A stretch of DNA of 64,000 nt from an uncultured delta proteobacterium (GTDB lineage Bacteria > Desulfobacterota > Binatia > UBA9968), in NCBI GenBank assembly GCA_963840855.1, contig CAWJBB010000039.1:60517-124516 (forward strand), read 5' to 3'. Made by a program: the position numbers and the translations under genes. Position 1 is the stretch's first letter; every line of letters starts with the position of its first letter. A model generated the notes under the pieces. That model saw only the letters and a program-made list of their open reading frames with translations, searched no databases and was not told where the DNA came from. Positions 1 to 10,473 of the stretch are shown here, in pieces.

Positions 1-50
1 ATACACCCACAGGAGGCTCAACTGCTAAAATTAATTTGGAAAGAGTGACT

Positions 51-211
51 GAAGCCAATAATTGGAGCTTCCAATGGTTCGTGTGCTATTGCATGGACAC
101 GCAGCGTGACCTGTTCACCCCCGACTACCCAAGCAAGCGGACCCTCCTTGCCGAGAAATTCAACGCTGGTAATTTGGGCACCACCTTTGCCAAATGACGC
201 AGCTTCGGGAT
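51..211 (-). pseudogene. Fragment of a second Wzt (start of C-terminal carbohydrate-binding domain)
   Basis: DPEAASFGKGGAQITSVEFL...LAWVVGGEQVTLR...PIIGF aligns by eye with the intact Wzt (DPNGACFGKGG...LSWIVGGEPVSLR...PIVGF); similarity stops at about 51. Confidence 0.75.
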
Positions 212-212
212 C

Positions 213-486
213 GGTACCGTGCTCTTTGTCAGCCACGACACCGGCTCCGTCAAAAACCTTTGCAACCACGCCATCTGGCTAGAAAAAGGGGAAGTATTAC
301 AAGAAGGCACTCCGAAGGATGTATGCGAACTGTACCTGCAAGCATTTTACGAAGCGCAGCAAGGTAAAAGCAGCATCACAAAACTAATAGCAACCAAAAA
401 CCATGACACCACTCCCCCCCCTAAAAGACCAGCGCCTGGAATTATTAACGCCAGTAATTTGCGCAACGACCTGCAAATTTTCAAAT
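213..486 (+). pseudogene. Inverted fragment of the same second Wzt (end of ATPase domain plus linker)
   Basis: GTVLFVSHDTGSVKNLCNHAIWL...LRNDLQIFK matches GTVLFVTHDTGAVLNLCQTAIWL...HRNAIELFS of the intact Wzt but lies on the opposite strand. Confidence 0.75.
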
Positions 487-715
487 CCACCGAAATATCA
501 ACGCCAATGACCTTGCCAGCTCTGCGTGCAAGCATCGCGGAGCCGTAGCCTTCGCCACTGGCAATGTCCAGAACCACCTTGCCGACAGCAATTTCACAGG
601 CTTGCAGGTATCGATGCAAATGTTCAAGCTCAATATTACCATGCACCTCCGGCACAAATCGTTCACCGGTAAAAGCGAGCACTTCGGAATTTGCCTTTTT
701 ATGTTTATCGTTCAT
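487..715 (-). pseudogene. 3'-truncated class I SAM methyltransferase of a polysaccharide locus
   Basis: FTGERFVP...EHLHRY...VLDIASGEGYG...VIGVDIS; sensible sequence ends at about 487, where the inverted wzt piece begins. Confidence 0.75.
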
Positions 716-1409
716 TTTTGATAGTCGCTTCAACGGCTAACGCCGTGGGATATTCGAAACTATGAATCCTGGCACTGGTGAAACCAGCCTCAATAGCATA
801 CCTCCACATATCGGCCCCGAATTCAGTATATACGGTGTTATCGCTATCTTGTTGAGCAGCAGCACCGTGGTAGCTATTCTTTAACCCGACCCGAGAGCGG
901 GTCAATCGCCCGACGACAATCGGAACCGTAAATATGCAGCGTCCGGTTTTCACCAACACGCGACGACACTCAGATAGTCCGGCAATAGGATCCGGAACAT
1001 GCTCTAACGTATCAGAGTGAAGTACCAAATCGAAAATCGCCGGCTCGAATGAAAGGTTGGTCATGTCATATTCCGGGTAGCGCACTAACTGGTGATTCGG
1101 CAACTTCCTTAACACGGAAGTCAATCCTCCGGCTTCATTGATCTCCAACACCTTGAGTGTTTTGGCGAAATCAGATTCGACAAATTGACCTAGCGTCCCG
1201 CAAAATTCATAGGCAGATAAAATCGCATTGGCGAGCGCCATGGATCTTAAGTTATTGCCGCATGCCGTACAGCAAAAACCTTGTTGTCGATTGATGTAAT
1301 CCGCCTCAAGGGACGATAATTGCCAATCGCTTACCAGCTCAGGCCACAAGACTTCTCGAAACAAGAACTCTCCGCCGCCACACACCGGGCAAAAAATTAC
1401 TTTTCTCAT
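705..1409 (-). CDS. Class I SAM-dependent methyltransferase with N-terminal Cys pairs
   Basis: CPVC and CTAC pairs; FDLVLHSDTLEHVPD motif; ATGA overlap with wzt. Confidence 0.8.
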   Translation of the reverse strand: MRKVIFCPVCGGGEFLFREVLWPELVSDWQLSSLEADYINRQQGFCCTACGNNLRSMALANAILSAYEFCGTLGQFVESDFAKTLKVLEINEAGGLTSVLRKLPNHQLVRYPEYDMTNLSFEPAIFDLVLHSDTLEHVPDPIAGLSECRRVLVKTGRCIFTVPIVVGRLTRSRVGLKNSYHGAAAQQDSDNTVYTEFGADMWRYAIEAGFTSARIHSFEYPTALAVEATIKNER

Positions 1410-2764
1410 GATCGACTTAACTCAATATTTGTCATCGGAATCCCAATTAGCCCATGGCACACACTGGATGAGTGAACTTTGAACGCGATGGCTTCATGAA
1501 TCCAATGATGCTGAACGTGTTCTGCTTGGGTGCCTTCGGCCACAGCCACCGCGACGGTATAGTCGCCTAGGGGCATGACCGGCATCACGAAATCGAACCG
1601 TGCTTGAAAACATTCTCCGGCTGTAACCGTTATAGGACGCAGTGCATACGTAAGATAGGTGTTGTCAGCAAACACTACCTGACCAAGCCGATCTTTCAGC
1701 ATAAATCCAACAATTGGGCTGAATGCGTGTTGCACTGCACGACACTGAATCCTGAGGCTCACCGGCTCACCACCAACTATCCAAGATAACGAATTCCCGG
1801 CGTCATCAAAGAGGCCCACAGCATCAATAATAAGTCCCCCCTTACCGAAACATGCTCCGTTAGGGTCAAACGAAAACAGTTCTATGGCATTGCGATGGTC
1901 GGATTGGTTGATTAAATCCGACCGCACGTCCCGTGGTGAGGCTTTACTTATCGAGTTTGGAGTTGGCTCTTTAGGTACCTGCTTCACGCTCGGGCCTTGC
2001 TGGGACTCATAGAGCTTTTCAAGGTACTTCTCAGTTACTTTCTTGGGTACCCCCTGTGCTACTATTTGGCCATTGTGCAACCAAATAGCGGTTTGACACA
2101 AATTGAGGACGGCACCGGTATCGTGGGTGACGAATAAAACGGTTCCTCGTTCCATAAATTTGCGCAGGAAGCGCGTACATTTCTGCACGAAAAAAACATC
2201 CCCGACGCTGAGTGCCTCGTCAATGACGAGAATGTCAGCATCCACATGAGCGATCACTGCAAAAGCCAGCCGCAATAACATACCGCTAGAATACGTCTTC
2301 ACGGGTTGTTCGATGAAATCTCCAATATCCGCAAAGGCAACTATCTCGTCAAAGCGCGCGTTGATTTCTTCCCGCATGAGCCCAAGGACGGCACCGTTCA
2401 TGAAAACATTTTCCCGGCCGGTGAATTCCGGATTGAAACCGGAACCCAGTTCCAGGAGAGCCGCTACGCGGCCGTTCGTCTCAACTATGCCGCTCGTTGG
2501 CGCCAGCGTGCCGCAGATGATTTGCAGCAATGTGGATTTTCCCGAGCCGTTGCGCCCGATGATGCCGATGGTTTCGCCTTTCTTTACCTCGAAAGAAACA
2601 TCTTTGAGCGCCCAAAACTCCCGGTAGTATTGCTTAGGCGGCTGGCGGATCAACCGCTGCAATCTCGGAAGCGTGGATTGCTTCAGACGATCCGGCGGCT
2701 TGTCATAAATTTCGTAGAGCTTCGATAATTTGGCCACGCGAACGGCGATTTCCTCAGAGGACAT
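1406..2764 (-). CDS. wzt: Polysaccharide ABC exporter ATPase with C-terminal domain
   Basis: Walker A GRNGSGKST, signature YSSGM, Walker B ILVIDE, LLELGSGFNPEFTGREN; start set at MSSEE (2764). Confidence 0.93.
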   Translation of the reverse strand: MSSEEIAVRVAKLSKLYEIYDKPPDRLKQSTLPRLQRLIRQPPKQYYREFWALKDVSFEVKKGETIGIIGRNGSGKSTLLQIICGTLAPTSGIVETNGRVAALLELGSGFNPEFTGRENVFMNGAVLGLMREEINARFDEIVAFADIGDFIEQPVKTYSSGMLLRLAFAVIAHVDADILVIDEALSVGDVFFVQKCTRFLRKFMERGTVLFVTHDTGAVLNLCQTAIWLHNGQIVAQGVPKKVTEKYLEKLYESQQGPSVKQVPKEPTPNSISKASPRDVRSDLINQSDHRNAIELFSFDPNGACFGKGGLIIDAVGLFDDAGNSLSWIVGGEPVSLRIQCRAVQHAFSPIVGFMLKDRLGQVVFADNTYLTYALRPITVTAGECFQARFDFVMPVMPLGDYTVAVAVAEGTQAEHVQHHWIHEAIAFKVHSSSVCHGLIGIPMTNIELSRS

Positions 2765-3584
2765 CGGCAAACCCCTTGCGCGATTTCTGAAACCACCAGA
2801 AACCCATCCACGCAATCGCGATACTGACGAACATATATATACCCCAGCCTACCCCGTCGGGAATCTGGCCAAATATAAGTGTTTTGCGCCCTTCTTCAAG
2901 AGTGAAGGTGAGAGGGTTTAATTTCACCCAGATCTGATACTCCTCGGGCAAGGCGGAAAGGGGATAAAAGACAGGCGAGAGGAACAAAAGCACTGTGGTA
3001 AGAATACCGACGGTTTGGCTGACATCGCGCAGGTAGACGCCGATGGCCGACAGGAACCATGCCACGCCCATCGTGGCGAGCAATAACGGCAAGATGATGA
3101 TCGGGAAAAACACCGCCGTAAAGGGCATGGTGTGGTTCAACAAAAGCTGAGCCAGGAGCAGCACAAGCAAGCTGATTCCCGAGTGGAACAACGTGGAACC
3201 CATCGCCACCCACGGAAGAATCTCGAGCGGGAACACAACTTTCTTTACATAGTTAACGTTGGCGAGAATCAACCCTGGAGCCCGGTTGGTACATTCCGCA
3301 AACAAGCCATGAACGATGATGCCGACGAATAACACGATGGCGAAGCCGGCTCTGTCTTCCCCGCCACCCACGCCCCAGCGGGCTTTGAAGATCACTGAGA
3401 AGACAAATGTATAGACCATGAGCATCAGGAGGGGATTGAAAAATGACCACGCGAGTCCCAAAACAGAGCCGCGATACCGACCAATAACGTCGCGTTTCGT
3501 CATTTGCACAATTAGGCTACGGTTTCGCCATAAACTGGCGAACAGCTCGCCGATGGATGTACGGGGTGCTTGATGCGGGTTCAT
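2754..3584 (-). CDS. wzm: Polysaccharide ABC exporter permease
   Basis: RYRGSVLGLAWSFFNP, NYVKKVVFP and C-terminal GFADVL; multiple TM helices; overlaps wzt. Confidence 0.93.
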   Translation of the reverse strand: MNPHQAPRTSIGELFASLWRNRSLIVQMTKRDVIGRYRGSVLGLAWSFFNPLLMLMVYTFVFSVIFKARWGVGGGEDRAGFAIVLFVGIIVHGLFAECTNRAPGLILANVNYVKKVVFPLEILPWVAMGSTLFHSGISLLVLLLAQLLLNHTMPFTAVFFPIIILPLLLATMGVAWFLSAIGVYLRDVSQTVGILTTVLLFLSPVFYPLSALPEEYQIWVKLNPLTFTLEEGRKTLIFGQIPDGVGWGIYMFVSIAIAWMGFWWFQKSRKGFADVL

Positions 3585-3821
3585 GGGTTAATTGAATGCT
3601 TCATTTCAACTTCGACGCGCGCAAACAGACCTCTATTCATGACCCACACAAAGCGATGAGATCAAATAAACCGACTACGCTATCAGAGCGCCACTCAATG
3701 GCAGGCCAAAGTTCTCACTCCCGGTATCATTCCCCGACGAGAACCAGGAATCCCTGAACTTTATAGCTAACATGAAGTTAGATCCCTTGCACGATCTATA
3801 ATCTATAATGGACTCCCGAGC

Positions 3822-4685
3822 TTACTTCCGCAGGTGTCCCTTCTCGATCAAATAGCGCTCGAGAGCGTCTTCCCACAAGGGCAGATCCCCGATCCCCAAT
3901 TGCCTGAGCTTCGCCGGCGCCAAAACCGAATAGGCCGGACGCTGGGCCTTGGCGCCAAAAGCCTCGGTTGTCGTCGGAGCAAAATCCGGCTTGAGACCGA
4001 GAAGAAAGAAAATCTGAGCCGCAAACTCATACCAGGAACATTGCCCGCGATTGGTGATGTGATAGAGGCCGTAAGCTTGAGTTTGTACCAGTGCTTTGAG
4101 GCGCTGCGCCAAGTCCTTTGTATAGGTAGGCGTCAGAACCTGATCCTCAACCACCCGAAGCGGCTTTCCCGCCCCGGCCAATCGGATCATCGTTTCCACG
4201 AAGTTGCCGCCCTTACCGCTCGACCCGGCCTGTCCATAGAGACCTGAAGTGCGCACGATGAAGTGTTTTGGGCAAATATTTCGGACAAAATACTCACCGG
4301 CAAGCTTCGACCCGCCGTAAACACTCAGCGGATTAGGCGCATCGTCCTCAGTGTAAGGAGAAGCCTGTTCGCCGCCGAAGACATAATCAGTGCTGATATG
4401 CATCAGCGCGCAATCCGAATCAGCGCAAACTCGGGCAAGATTCCGCGCGCCATAAGCGTTTACCGAAAAAGCCTGGTCCAGGTCATCCTCACAATCGTCC
4501 ACGCGATTGAAAGCAGCCGTATTGATCACGGCATCCGGTTTTAACTGGGAGAGAACCGCACGCGCCCGCACCACGTCCCGAATATCAAGGTCGCTGTGCG
4601 TCAAACCTTCGATATCCCAACCGGAAAGAATCTTGACCAGATCGGTGCCGAGCTGACCGTTGGCTCCGATGACCACGGCGCGCAT
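3822..4685 (-). CDS. rfbD: dTDP-4-dehydrorhamnose reductase
   Basis: GANGQLG, HISTDYVF, YGGSK (YxxxK), RPAYSVL. Confidence 0.92.
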   Translation of the reverse strand: MRAVVIGANGQLGTDLVKILSGWDIEGLTHSDLDIRDVVRARAVLSQLKPDAVINTAAFNRVDDCEDDLDQAFSVNAYGARNLARVCADSDCALMHISTDYVFGGEQASPYTEDDAPNPLSVYGGSKLAGEYFVRNICPKHFIVRTSGLYGQAGSSGKGGNFVETMIRLAGAGKPLRVVEDQVLTPTYTKDLAQRLKALVQTQAYGLYHITNRGQCSWYEFAAQIFFLLGLKPDFAPTTTEAFGAKAQRPAYSVLAPAKLRQLGIGDLPLWEDALERYLIEKGHLRK

Positions 4686-4985
4686 CTTACAACATCCTGC
4701 GAAATTTCAATTTCTTATTTTCTTGTCGATTCGCCAATTTGGCATCGGCGCACCAAAAATTTGCGCAAGCCGCGAACACCTATACTTATAGCAATTAGCG
4801 TGTATCAGTCACATCCCCCGGCCATCTATTTCAACCGCGTGGCAAATGTTCTGTAACCATTTTCTGCGATGTTTTTCAAATAACCTGTGGTTTGCGGGAT
4901 TAAACCTGATAGAGTAAGCTGGCGCGATTGTTTCGCATCTAGATTATTTCGCTCCAAGCATAAAAACCTTCAAGCTGAGACCAAG

Positions 4986-5879
4986 GTGGCCACAACATTC
5001 AGCATAATCATACCGACCAGGGATCGACACGAAGAGATAATAGGCCTTCTAGAGAGCATTAAATACCTAGACGGCTTGGTGCGGATTAAACCTGAAATCA
5101 TTGTAAGCGATAATTGCTCCAAAGACCAAACATGGCTCGGCCTCCAGAGGATGGCCGCGGACTATCCTGTCCCGATGCGCCCGTTGCAAGCGACCTCCCC
5201 AGGCAAGTCCAGTGCATTAAACGAAGCGATTGCCGTGGCAAAAGGCGATGTCCTGGCTTTCTTGGATGACGATGTCGTGGTGGAACCAGCTTGGCTCGTG
5301 GCATTGGAATCGCATTTTGGCCAATTTTCTCACCTTGCCGTCCAGGGAGCGGTCCTTCTTCCACCTCGGGACACCGCCGATCCGGAGATTTGCCGCCTTA
5401 TCGATAAGTACCGGACGGTGCGCCAGGTCGATTTCGATGGCAGGACCAACGAAACGCATTCTTTGAACGGCGCTAATATAGCAGTCCGCCGCGAGGTCTT
5501 TGACAAAGTAGGAAAGTTCGATATTCGGCTCGGTCCCGGAGCGTCCGGGACTTCGGAAGACGTCGAGTTCGCGCAACGGATACGCCAGGCGGGCATTAAA
5601 ATCGGTTATGTGAAGCAAGCCGTCGTTTATCATCACGTGGACCGATCGAGATTGACCGAGGCCTATTTTCGATCCATTCACAGACAGCAGGGCGCCAGCC
5701 GGCTTTTGTTCAAGCGCCAGAGCGCGGGCCGCATCATTTTCGACCTCGGTCGGGTTTCGGCTCAATACGGTTTTTATTCGCTATTCGGCGGCGAGCGAGA
5801 TCGCTACCGCAGCAAAGGCCGCGTCTACCATTACCTCGGCATGCTGGAATCGAAACGGAAGGGCCGCGATGGGAAGTGA
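4986..5879 (+). CDS. Glycosyltransferase family 2
   Basis: SIIIPTRDR, FLDDD, GANIAVRR, SEDVEF; start placed at GTG 4986 (uncertain). Confidence 0.85.
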   Translation: MATTFSIIIPTRDRHEEIIGLLESIKYLDGLVRIKPEIIVSDNCSKDQTWLGLQRMAADYPVPMRPLQATSPGKSSALNEAIAVAKGDVLAFLDDDVVVEPAWLVALESHFGQFSHLAVQGAVLLPPRDTADPEICRLIDKYRTVRQVDFDGRTNETHSLNGANIAVRREVFDKVGKFDIRLGPGASGTSEDVEFAQRIRQAGIKIGYVKQAVVYHHVDRSRLTEAYFRSIHRQQGASRLLFKRQSAGRIIFDLGRVSAQYGFYSLFGGERDRYRSKGRVYHYLGMLESKRKGRDGK

Positions 5880-5912
5880 ATCCGGCAATCAGTAGGCTCC
5901 CACTTTTGGCGC

Positions 5913-8252
5913 TTATCTCACCGTGCTTCGCGCGGTACCCACGCCGAGCAGGTTAAAATCGAAGCTAAACGTCGTTTTTGACGGATTGATATCATACCCG
6001 ACGCGAAAAGTTATAGACCAACACTCACAGGTGGAAAGATACTTCGTGGCCCCCCGGACGCCGAGAAATCGGCTCTCACGGGCATCGTACGACGAACTAA
6101 GATACAATAGAATATTGTTCGTCGCGTGATAGATTACGTTCGTCCCAACGCTCCCGATGATATTCTTGGAGAAACCCGCGCAACGCGGATCGACGGAATG
6201 TTTTGCGCAATAGGCGGGCGTGGCTGGCTCGTCAAGATTAGCGTTTGCGTCCTCGGACAGGAAGCCAAGTTGGCTATTGCGCAAAAACTGGAAGAAGACG
6301 CCGAGGGAGTTCGGTCGATTGAAATCCGGATCTAAAGTCGGCCGTCGCAGACGCGGATCGGAAATCGCGAAGAAAGCGCGCGCTTGCGATATTTGCCAGG
6401 GACCAGGGTTGATGCCCCCCTCCAACGCCATATACAGGTAACTCAAAGGTATCAACCTGATATAGATGTCAAGATCCGATAGGCTATCCCCGCCTTTCCT
6501 CTCTTTATCGATATCGTAGCTGAGCGCCAGTCTGAATTGCCCTAACTCCGCAACGCCCGTGGGGCCGATTGGACTGACGAGTTCGGTATCTTTTTCGTCG
6601 GCCGGAGCCGCCAGTGATCGTATAGGCCTGCCCCAAAACCTGTTTGCAACGGCAAAAGTCAGGACGTTGCGTCTCCTGATCCGATCAATGTTGTCCATGA
6701 TCGGAATATTGCTTTGATCGACACCGGGCACGAACAGGTAGCTCAGCTCGGGCTCAATGACATGTTTAATCGCCGCCCCTGTTGTCCCGTTCCAGGCAAA
6801 AACCCGGCTCATTGACGTCGCGACATTGCCGCGCATTTCCACCATTGGCCGAGCCAGATTTCGCTCCGATGATTTAACCGGTGTATAGAGATGATAAATC
6901 GTCTGTCGCGGCGCCACGCTCAGGGCGCCGAAGAGGTGAGCCATCTTGAACGGCAGCACCGCTTCCGGGCGCAGGTCAAAACGCAATCCGTCGCCGCCTT
7001 CCCGGCGGAGGTAATTCACCGCCTCGGTTCGCCAGCGAAACTCCAGTGGGAAGCCGGACAAAAATCGCTGGCCCCAAAACGCGACCTGCGGCGTGCGCTG
7101 CAAGGTGATCGAGTCGGGTTGGATGAAATCCTGATAGAACTTCCACTCGCCTCTGAGAAAAGTATCGCCCCAGGCTCTAAAAATACCCATTCGCGATTCG
7201 CCGAAACGGCTGCGCTTGATGTCGCCTTCTTTGGTAGCCGGCAGGTCAAAACGATCGATGAGCTCGCGCGTAAACAAATCGTCCCGATAGGCCGCCACGT
7301 CGCTATAGGTGAGCCAATTGGCAGTGGTAAGATAGCGGTGCGTTGCGACGACACTCCAGCGGTTCTGCGGAATGCGCGGGTCCGCGATAGTGGGGTCGAC
7401 GATGGACTCGTCCGCCCGGTTGCGAAAGGTTTCATTGAAAAAAGACGAGTGAAACCGAAAATCCGAGTCCCGGTCAAACATCGTGCGCAATTCGCCGATG
7501 GCGCCCACCCGCGCCCGGGTCTGGATATCGAATGCCAGAGTCGCGTCGGTGCTTTTCGAAATCGCCCAGAAAAAAGGTTGCTGGAAACGGTAGCCGTCGT
7601 CCGTCGATAAACCGAACTTGGGAAACAGAAACCCGGTTTGCCGCTCGGTTTTTAACGGGAAAAATCCGTAAGGCAGGTAAAAAACCGGCACGTCCAAAAC
7701 ATAGAAATAACCATTCTTGATAATTGCGAGGCCATTGGCTGAGAGGTCCATTTGATCCGCGGAAAACTTCCAGGGGGGGGCGCCGGATTCGCATAGGCAA
7801 GTGGTAAAAAATCCGTCATCGACATGATAAACTTGGCCGCCTAACTTTTGAAAGCGCCGGCCCATGATGCTGATGTGACCCTGCTCGATAAAAAGATTGC
7901 CGTTTTGAATCTCGCCTGTTTCTTTCCCCAAATTCAACTGCAGCAAATCCGCCGACTTGATTTGCCAATCCGGGTCGTCCAACGAGACCCGTCCCTTGGC
8001 CTCGACATCTTGGGTCTCCCTGTCCACGCGAACCTCATCGGCCCTAATCGTGGCCAGGTCGCGCTTGATTTCGACGTTACCGCTGGCTTCGATTTTTGTC
8101 GCGCCATTCCCCGCGGACAACTTATCAGCGGTCACGTTGATTGCCGCGCCCTCGGCAGCGGGCCGCGCCAGTTGCGCCGACGTAGAGCTAGCGATGCAGA
8201 GAAACGAGACTCCCAATAGCAAAGCGATAACGCAATTTTCTCTCAGCGTCAT
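5913..8252 (-). CDS. lptD: LPS-assembly outer membrane protein LptD
   Basis: Signal peptide from ATG 8252; FTTC..PPW, VPVFYLPY, RQTGFLFP, HVIEPELSY, C-terminal ECW. Confidence 0.88.
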   Translation of the reverse strand: MTLRENCVIALLLGVSFLCIASSTSAQLARPAAEGAAINVTADKLSAGNGATKIEASGNVEIKRDLATIRADEVRVDRETQDVEAKGRVSLDDPDWQIKSADLLQLNLGKETGEIQNGNLFIEQGHISIMGRRFQKLGGQVYHVDDGFFTTCLCESGAPPWKFSADQMDLSANGLAIIKNGYFYVLDVPVFYLPYGFFPLKTERQTGFLFPKFGLSTDDGYRFQQPFFWAISKSTDATLAFDIQTRARVGAIGELRTMFDRDSDFRFHSSFFNETFRNRADESIVDPTIADPRIPQNRWSVVATHRYLTTANWLTYSDVAAYRDDLFTRELIDRFDLPATKEGDIKRSRFGESRMGIFRAWGDTFLRGEWKFYQDFIQPDSITLQRTPQVAFWGQRFLSGFPLEFRWRTEAVNYLRREGGDGLRFDLRPEAVLPFKMAHLFGALSVAPRQTIYHLYTPVKSSERNLARPMVEMRGNVATSMSRVFAWNGTTGAAIKHVIEPELSYLFVPGVDQSNIPIMDNIDRIRRRNVLTFAVANRFWGRPIRSLAAPADEKDTELVSPIGPTGVAELGQFRLALSYDIDKERKGGDSLSDLDIYIRLIPLSYLYMALEGGINPGPWQISQARAFFAISDPRLRRPTLDPDFNRPNSLGVFFQFLRNSQLGFLSEDANANLDEPATPAYCAKHSVDPRCAGFSKNIIGSVGTNVIYHATNNILLYLSSSYDARESRFLGVRGATKYLSTCECWSITFRVGYDINPSKTTFSFDFNLLGVGTARSTVR

Positions 8253-8295
8253 ACTGGTCTGTTTTAGTCCCCGACGCGTGCCGCGTACTGCGGCT

Positions 8296-9574
8296 TCACG
8301 GCCGCGCCGCGAGCTCTTGCGCCGTCGGCCGGACTTCGCCCAGCAGGTAGAGCGAGCCGGCAACCAAAATGATATCGTCCGCCCCTGCTTCTTGGTAAAG
8401 CAGCTGCAAACCTGAACGCGCCTCGTCGACGACGCGATGCGGCAGAGACCGCGCCACCCAGCCGGCAATTTTCCCGGGCTCAGTGCTCCGTTCCATTTGG
8501 ACTCTGGTCAGCACCACCTCATCCACCAGCGGTAGCAATAGCGACAGCATGGTGCGCCAATCCTTGTCTTCCATCGCGGCGAACAGAAGCTTAATCCTTC
8601 TTCCCTGGCGAAATTCTTTAAGAGCCTCGGCCAGCGCGCTCACTCCCTCGCCGTTGTGTGCGCCGTCCAAGATCACCCACGGCCGCTCACGCATGATTTC
8701 AAAGCGGCCCGGCCAAGCCACTGAGCTTAGCCCTCGCCGAATCGCGTCTTCAGTGACCGGAATCGAATCGCTCGCCAACTCCAACGCAGCGATGGCCATA
8801 GCAGCATTCGACCGTTGATGCCGCCCAAAAAGTGCTACCGCAATGTCACGAGAAATCGCGTTTTATGCCCTTATAATCGAAGAAGCGCTCGTTTTTCAAG
8901 AAAAATCCGAAATCTGCGCCGAGAAAGTATGAAGGGGCGTGTTTTTCTTCGGCAAGCTGTCTGATCAGCGCCGCAACTTCAGACGGCAGCGGACCACAAA
9001 CGACGGGCACACTCGGCTTGATAATTCCCGCTTTTTCTCTGCCGATGGAAAGCAAGTCCGAACCTAAATAGGCCTCATGATCTTTGGATATCGTCGTAAT
9101 CATCGCAACGATTGGCTGCACCACGTTGGTTGCGTCCAATCGCCCGCCCAGACCCACTTCGATCACGCCGACATCGATTCGCTGGCGCGCGAGATAGAGG
9201 AACGCCATGACCGTGACGATCTCGAAAAACGTCAGGGCCACGCCGGCTGGTGTTATGCGCTCCCGGATCTCCTCGGCCAACTCAACGACTTCACCGGGGG
9301 AAATTTCCTTATCGCCGACCCGGATGCGCTCGGTGAATGAAACCAGATGTGGAGAGGTATAAAGGCCCGCGCGGTAGCCCCCCAGCGATAGAATTCGGTG
9401 CAGCATCGCCGCCGTCGAGCCCTTGCCGTTGGTGCCGGCGATATGGAGCGCGGGAAATTGCCGCTCGGGATGGCCGACAAGAGCCAATGCCTCGTCCATG
9501 CGGTCAAGGCGCAAATCGATGACGCCGCCGCGGAGGTTATAGATCCAATTGAGGGTTTCGGAATAGGAGTCCAT
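8296..9574 (-). CDS. folC: Folylpolyglutamate synthase/dihydrofolate synthase, split by a +1 frameshift near 8848
   Basis: HIAGTNGKGST, YTSPHL, EVGLGGRLDATN in one frame; GRHQRSNAA, WPGRFE, LDGAHN, AGSLYL in the next; one extra base at TCG-T-GAC. Confidence 0.88.
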
Positions 9575-9585
9575 GGGCGCCGCGA

Positions 9586-9664
9586 GGTTCAAGGTTCAAA
9601 GTTTCGGATAAACCCCAAATCCTTATGTTAAAGTCCTTGAACGCTGAACCTTGAACTTTGAACC
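9586..9664. repeat. GTTCAA/TTGAAC heptamer inverted-arm element
   Basis: GGTTCAAGGTTCAAAGTTTCGGA ... TTGAACGCTGAACCTTGAACTTTGAACC. Confidence 0.85.
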
Positions 9665-10468
9665 CCGTCTCGCCCGGCGCATGGCGCGTTTCAGCCGGGC
9701 GACGAATTTGCCAGCGCGCGCCGCCTTTTGTTTTCTGTCTTTCGCGGTTTCGATAATTTGGACCAGCGCGCTACCGACCACCGCCGCGTCGGCAAAGCCG
9801 CCGATCCACGCCGCCTGCTCGGGTGTCGAAATGCCGAATCCCACGCCCACCGGCAACGACGCAGCGCCGCGCACCCGCGTCACCTGGGCGCGCAGTTGCC
9901 TGTCAAATGACCGGCGCGCGCCGGTGACGCCCGTCACCGAGACGTAATAAATAAAGCCGCTTCCCTGCCGGGCCGCCTGACGGATGCGATCGGGGCCACT
10001 TGTGGGCGACAATAGAAAAATCACGTCGAGTCCCAGAGCGTCGCTCCATCGCTTCAACTCGCCGCTTTCCTCCGGCGGCAAATCGACGCAGAGCACGCCA
10101 TCGGTCCCCGCTGCCGCGGCCTGGCGGCAGAAACTTTCCAGCCCGTAATGAAAAAATGGATTGAAGTAACCGAACAAAATGACCGGCAGCTCGGAGTGGC
10201 GGCGAAACCGGCGGACCAGAGAGAGAATTTTCGACATAGACGGATTATTCTTCAAGGCGCGCTCCGACGAGCGTTGAATCGTCGGTCCGTCCGCCGTCGG
10301 GTCGGAGAACGGAATGCCTAACTCGATCAAGTCGGCGCCGCCCCTTTCCACGGCGTAGAGTATTTCGAGCGTTGTGGCGAGATCCGGGTCTCCCGCGGTC
10401 ACGAACGGAATCAGCGCGGCCTCGCCCCGCCGTTTCAATTCGGCGAATTTTTTTTCTATGCGTCCCAC
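9623..10468 (-). CDS. trpA: Tryptophan synthase alpha chain
   Basis: ELGIPFSDPTADGPTIQ, YYVSVTGVTG, VGFGIS, VVGSA. Confidence 0.96.
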   Translation of the reverse strand: MGRIEKKFAELKRRGEAALIPFVTAGDPDLATTLEILYAVERGGADLIELGIPFSDPTADGPTIQRSSERALKNNPSMSKILSLVRRFRRHSELPVILFGYFNPFFHYGLESFCRQAAAAGTDGVLCVDLPPEESGELKRWSDALGLDVIFLLSPTSGPDRIRQAARQGSGFIYYVSVTGVTGARRSFDRQLRAQVTRVRGAASLPVGVGFGISTPEQAAWIGGFADAAVVGSALVQIIETAKDRKQKAARAGKFVARLKRAMRRARRGSKFKVQRSRTLT

Positions 10469-10473
10469 AGTCC

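Noticed and set aside
3722-3753. GTATCATTCCCC...GGAATCC as a small palindromic repeat
   Set aside because: Single degenerate copy; too weak to call.
8253-8468. 71-aa N-terminal extension of LptD in the ORF track
   Set aside because: Overlaps the folC 3' half; the signal peptide begins at ATG 8252.
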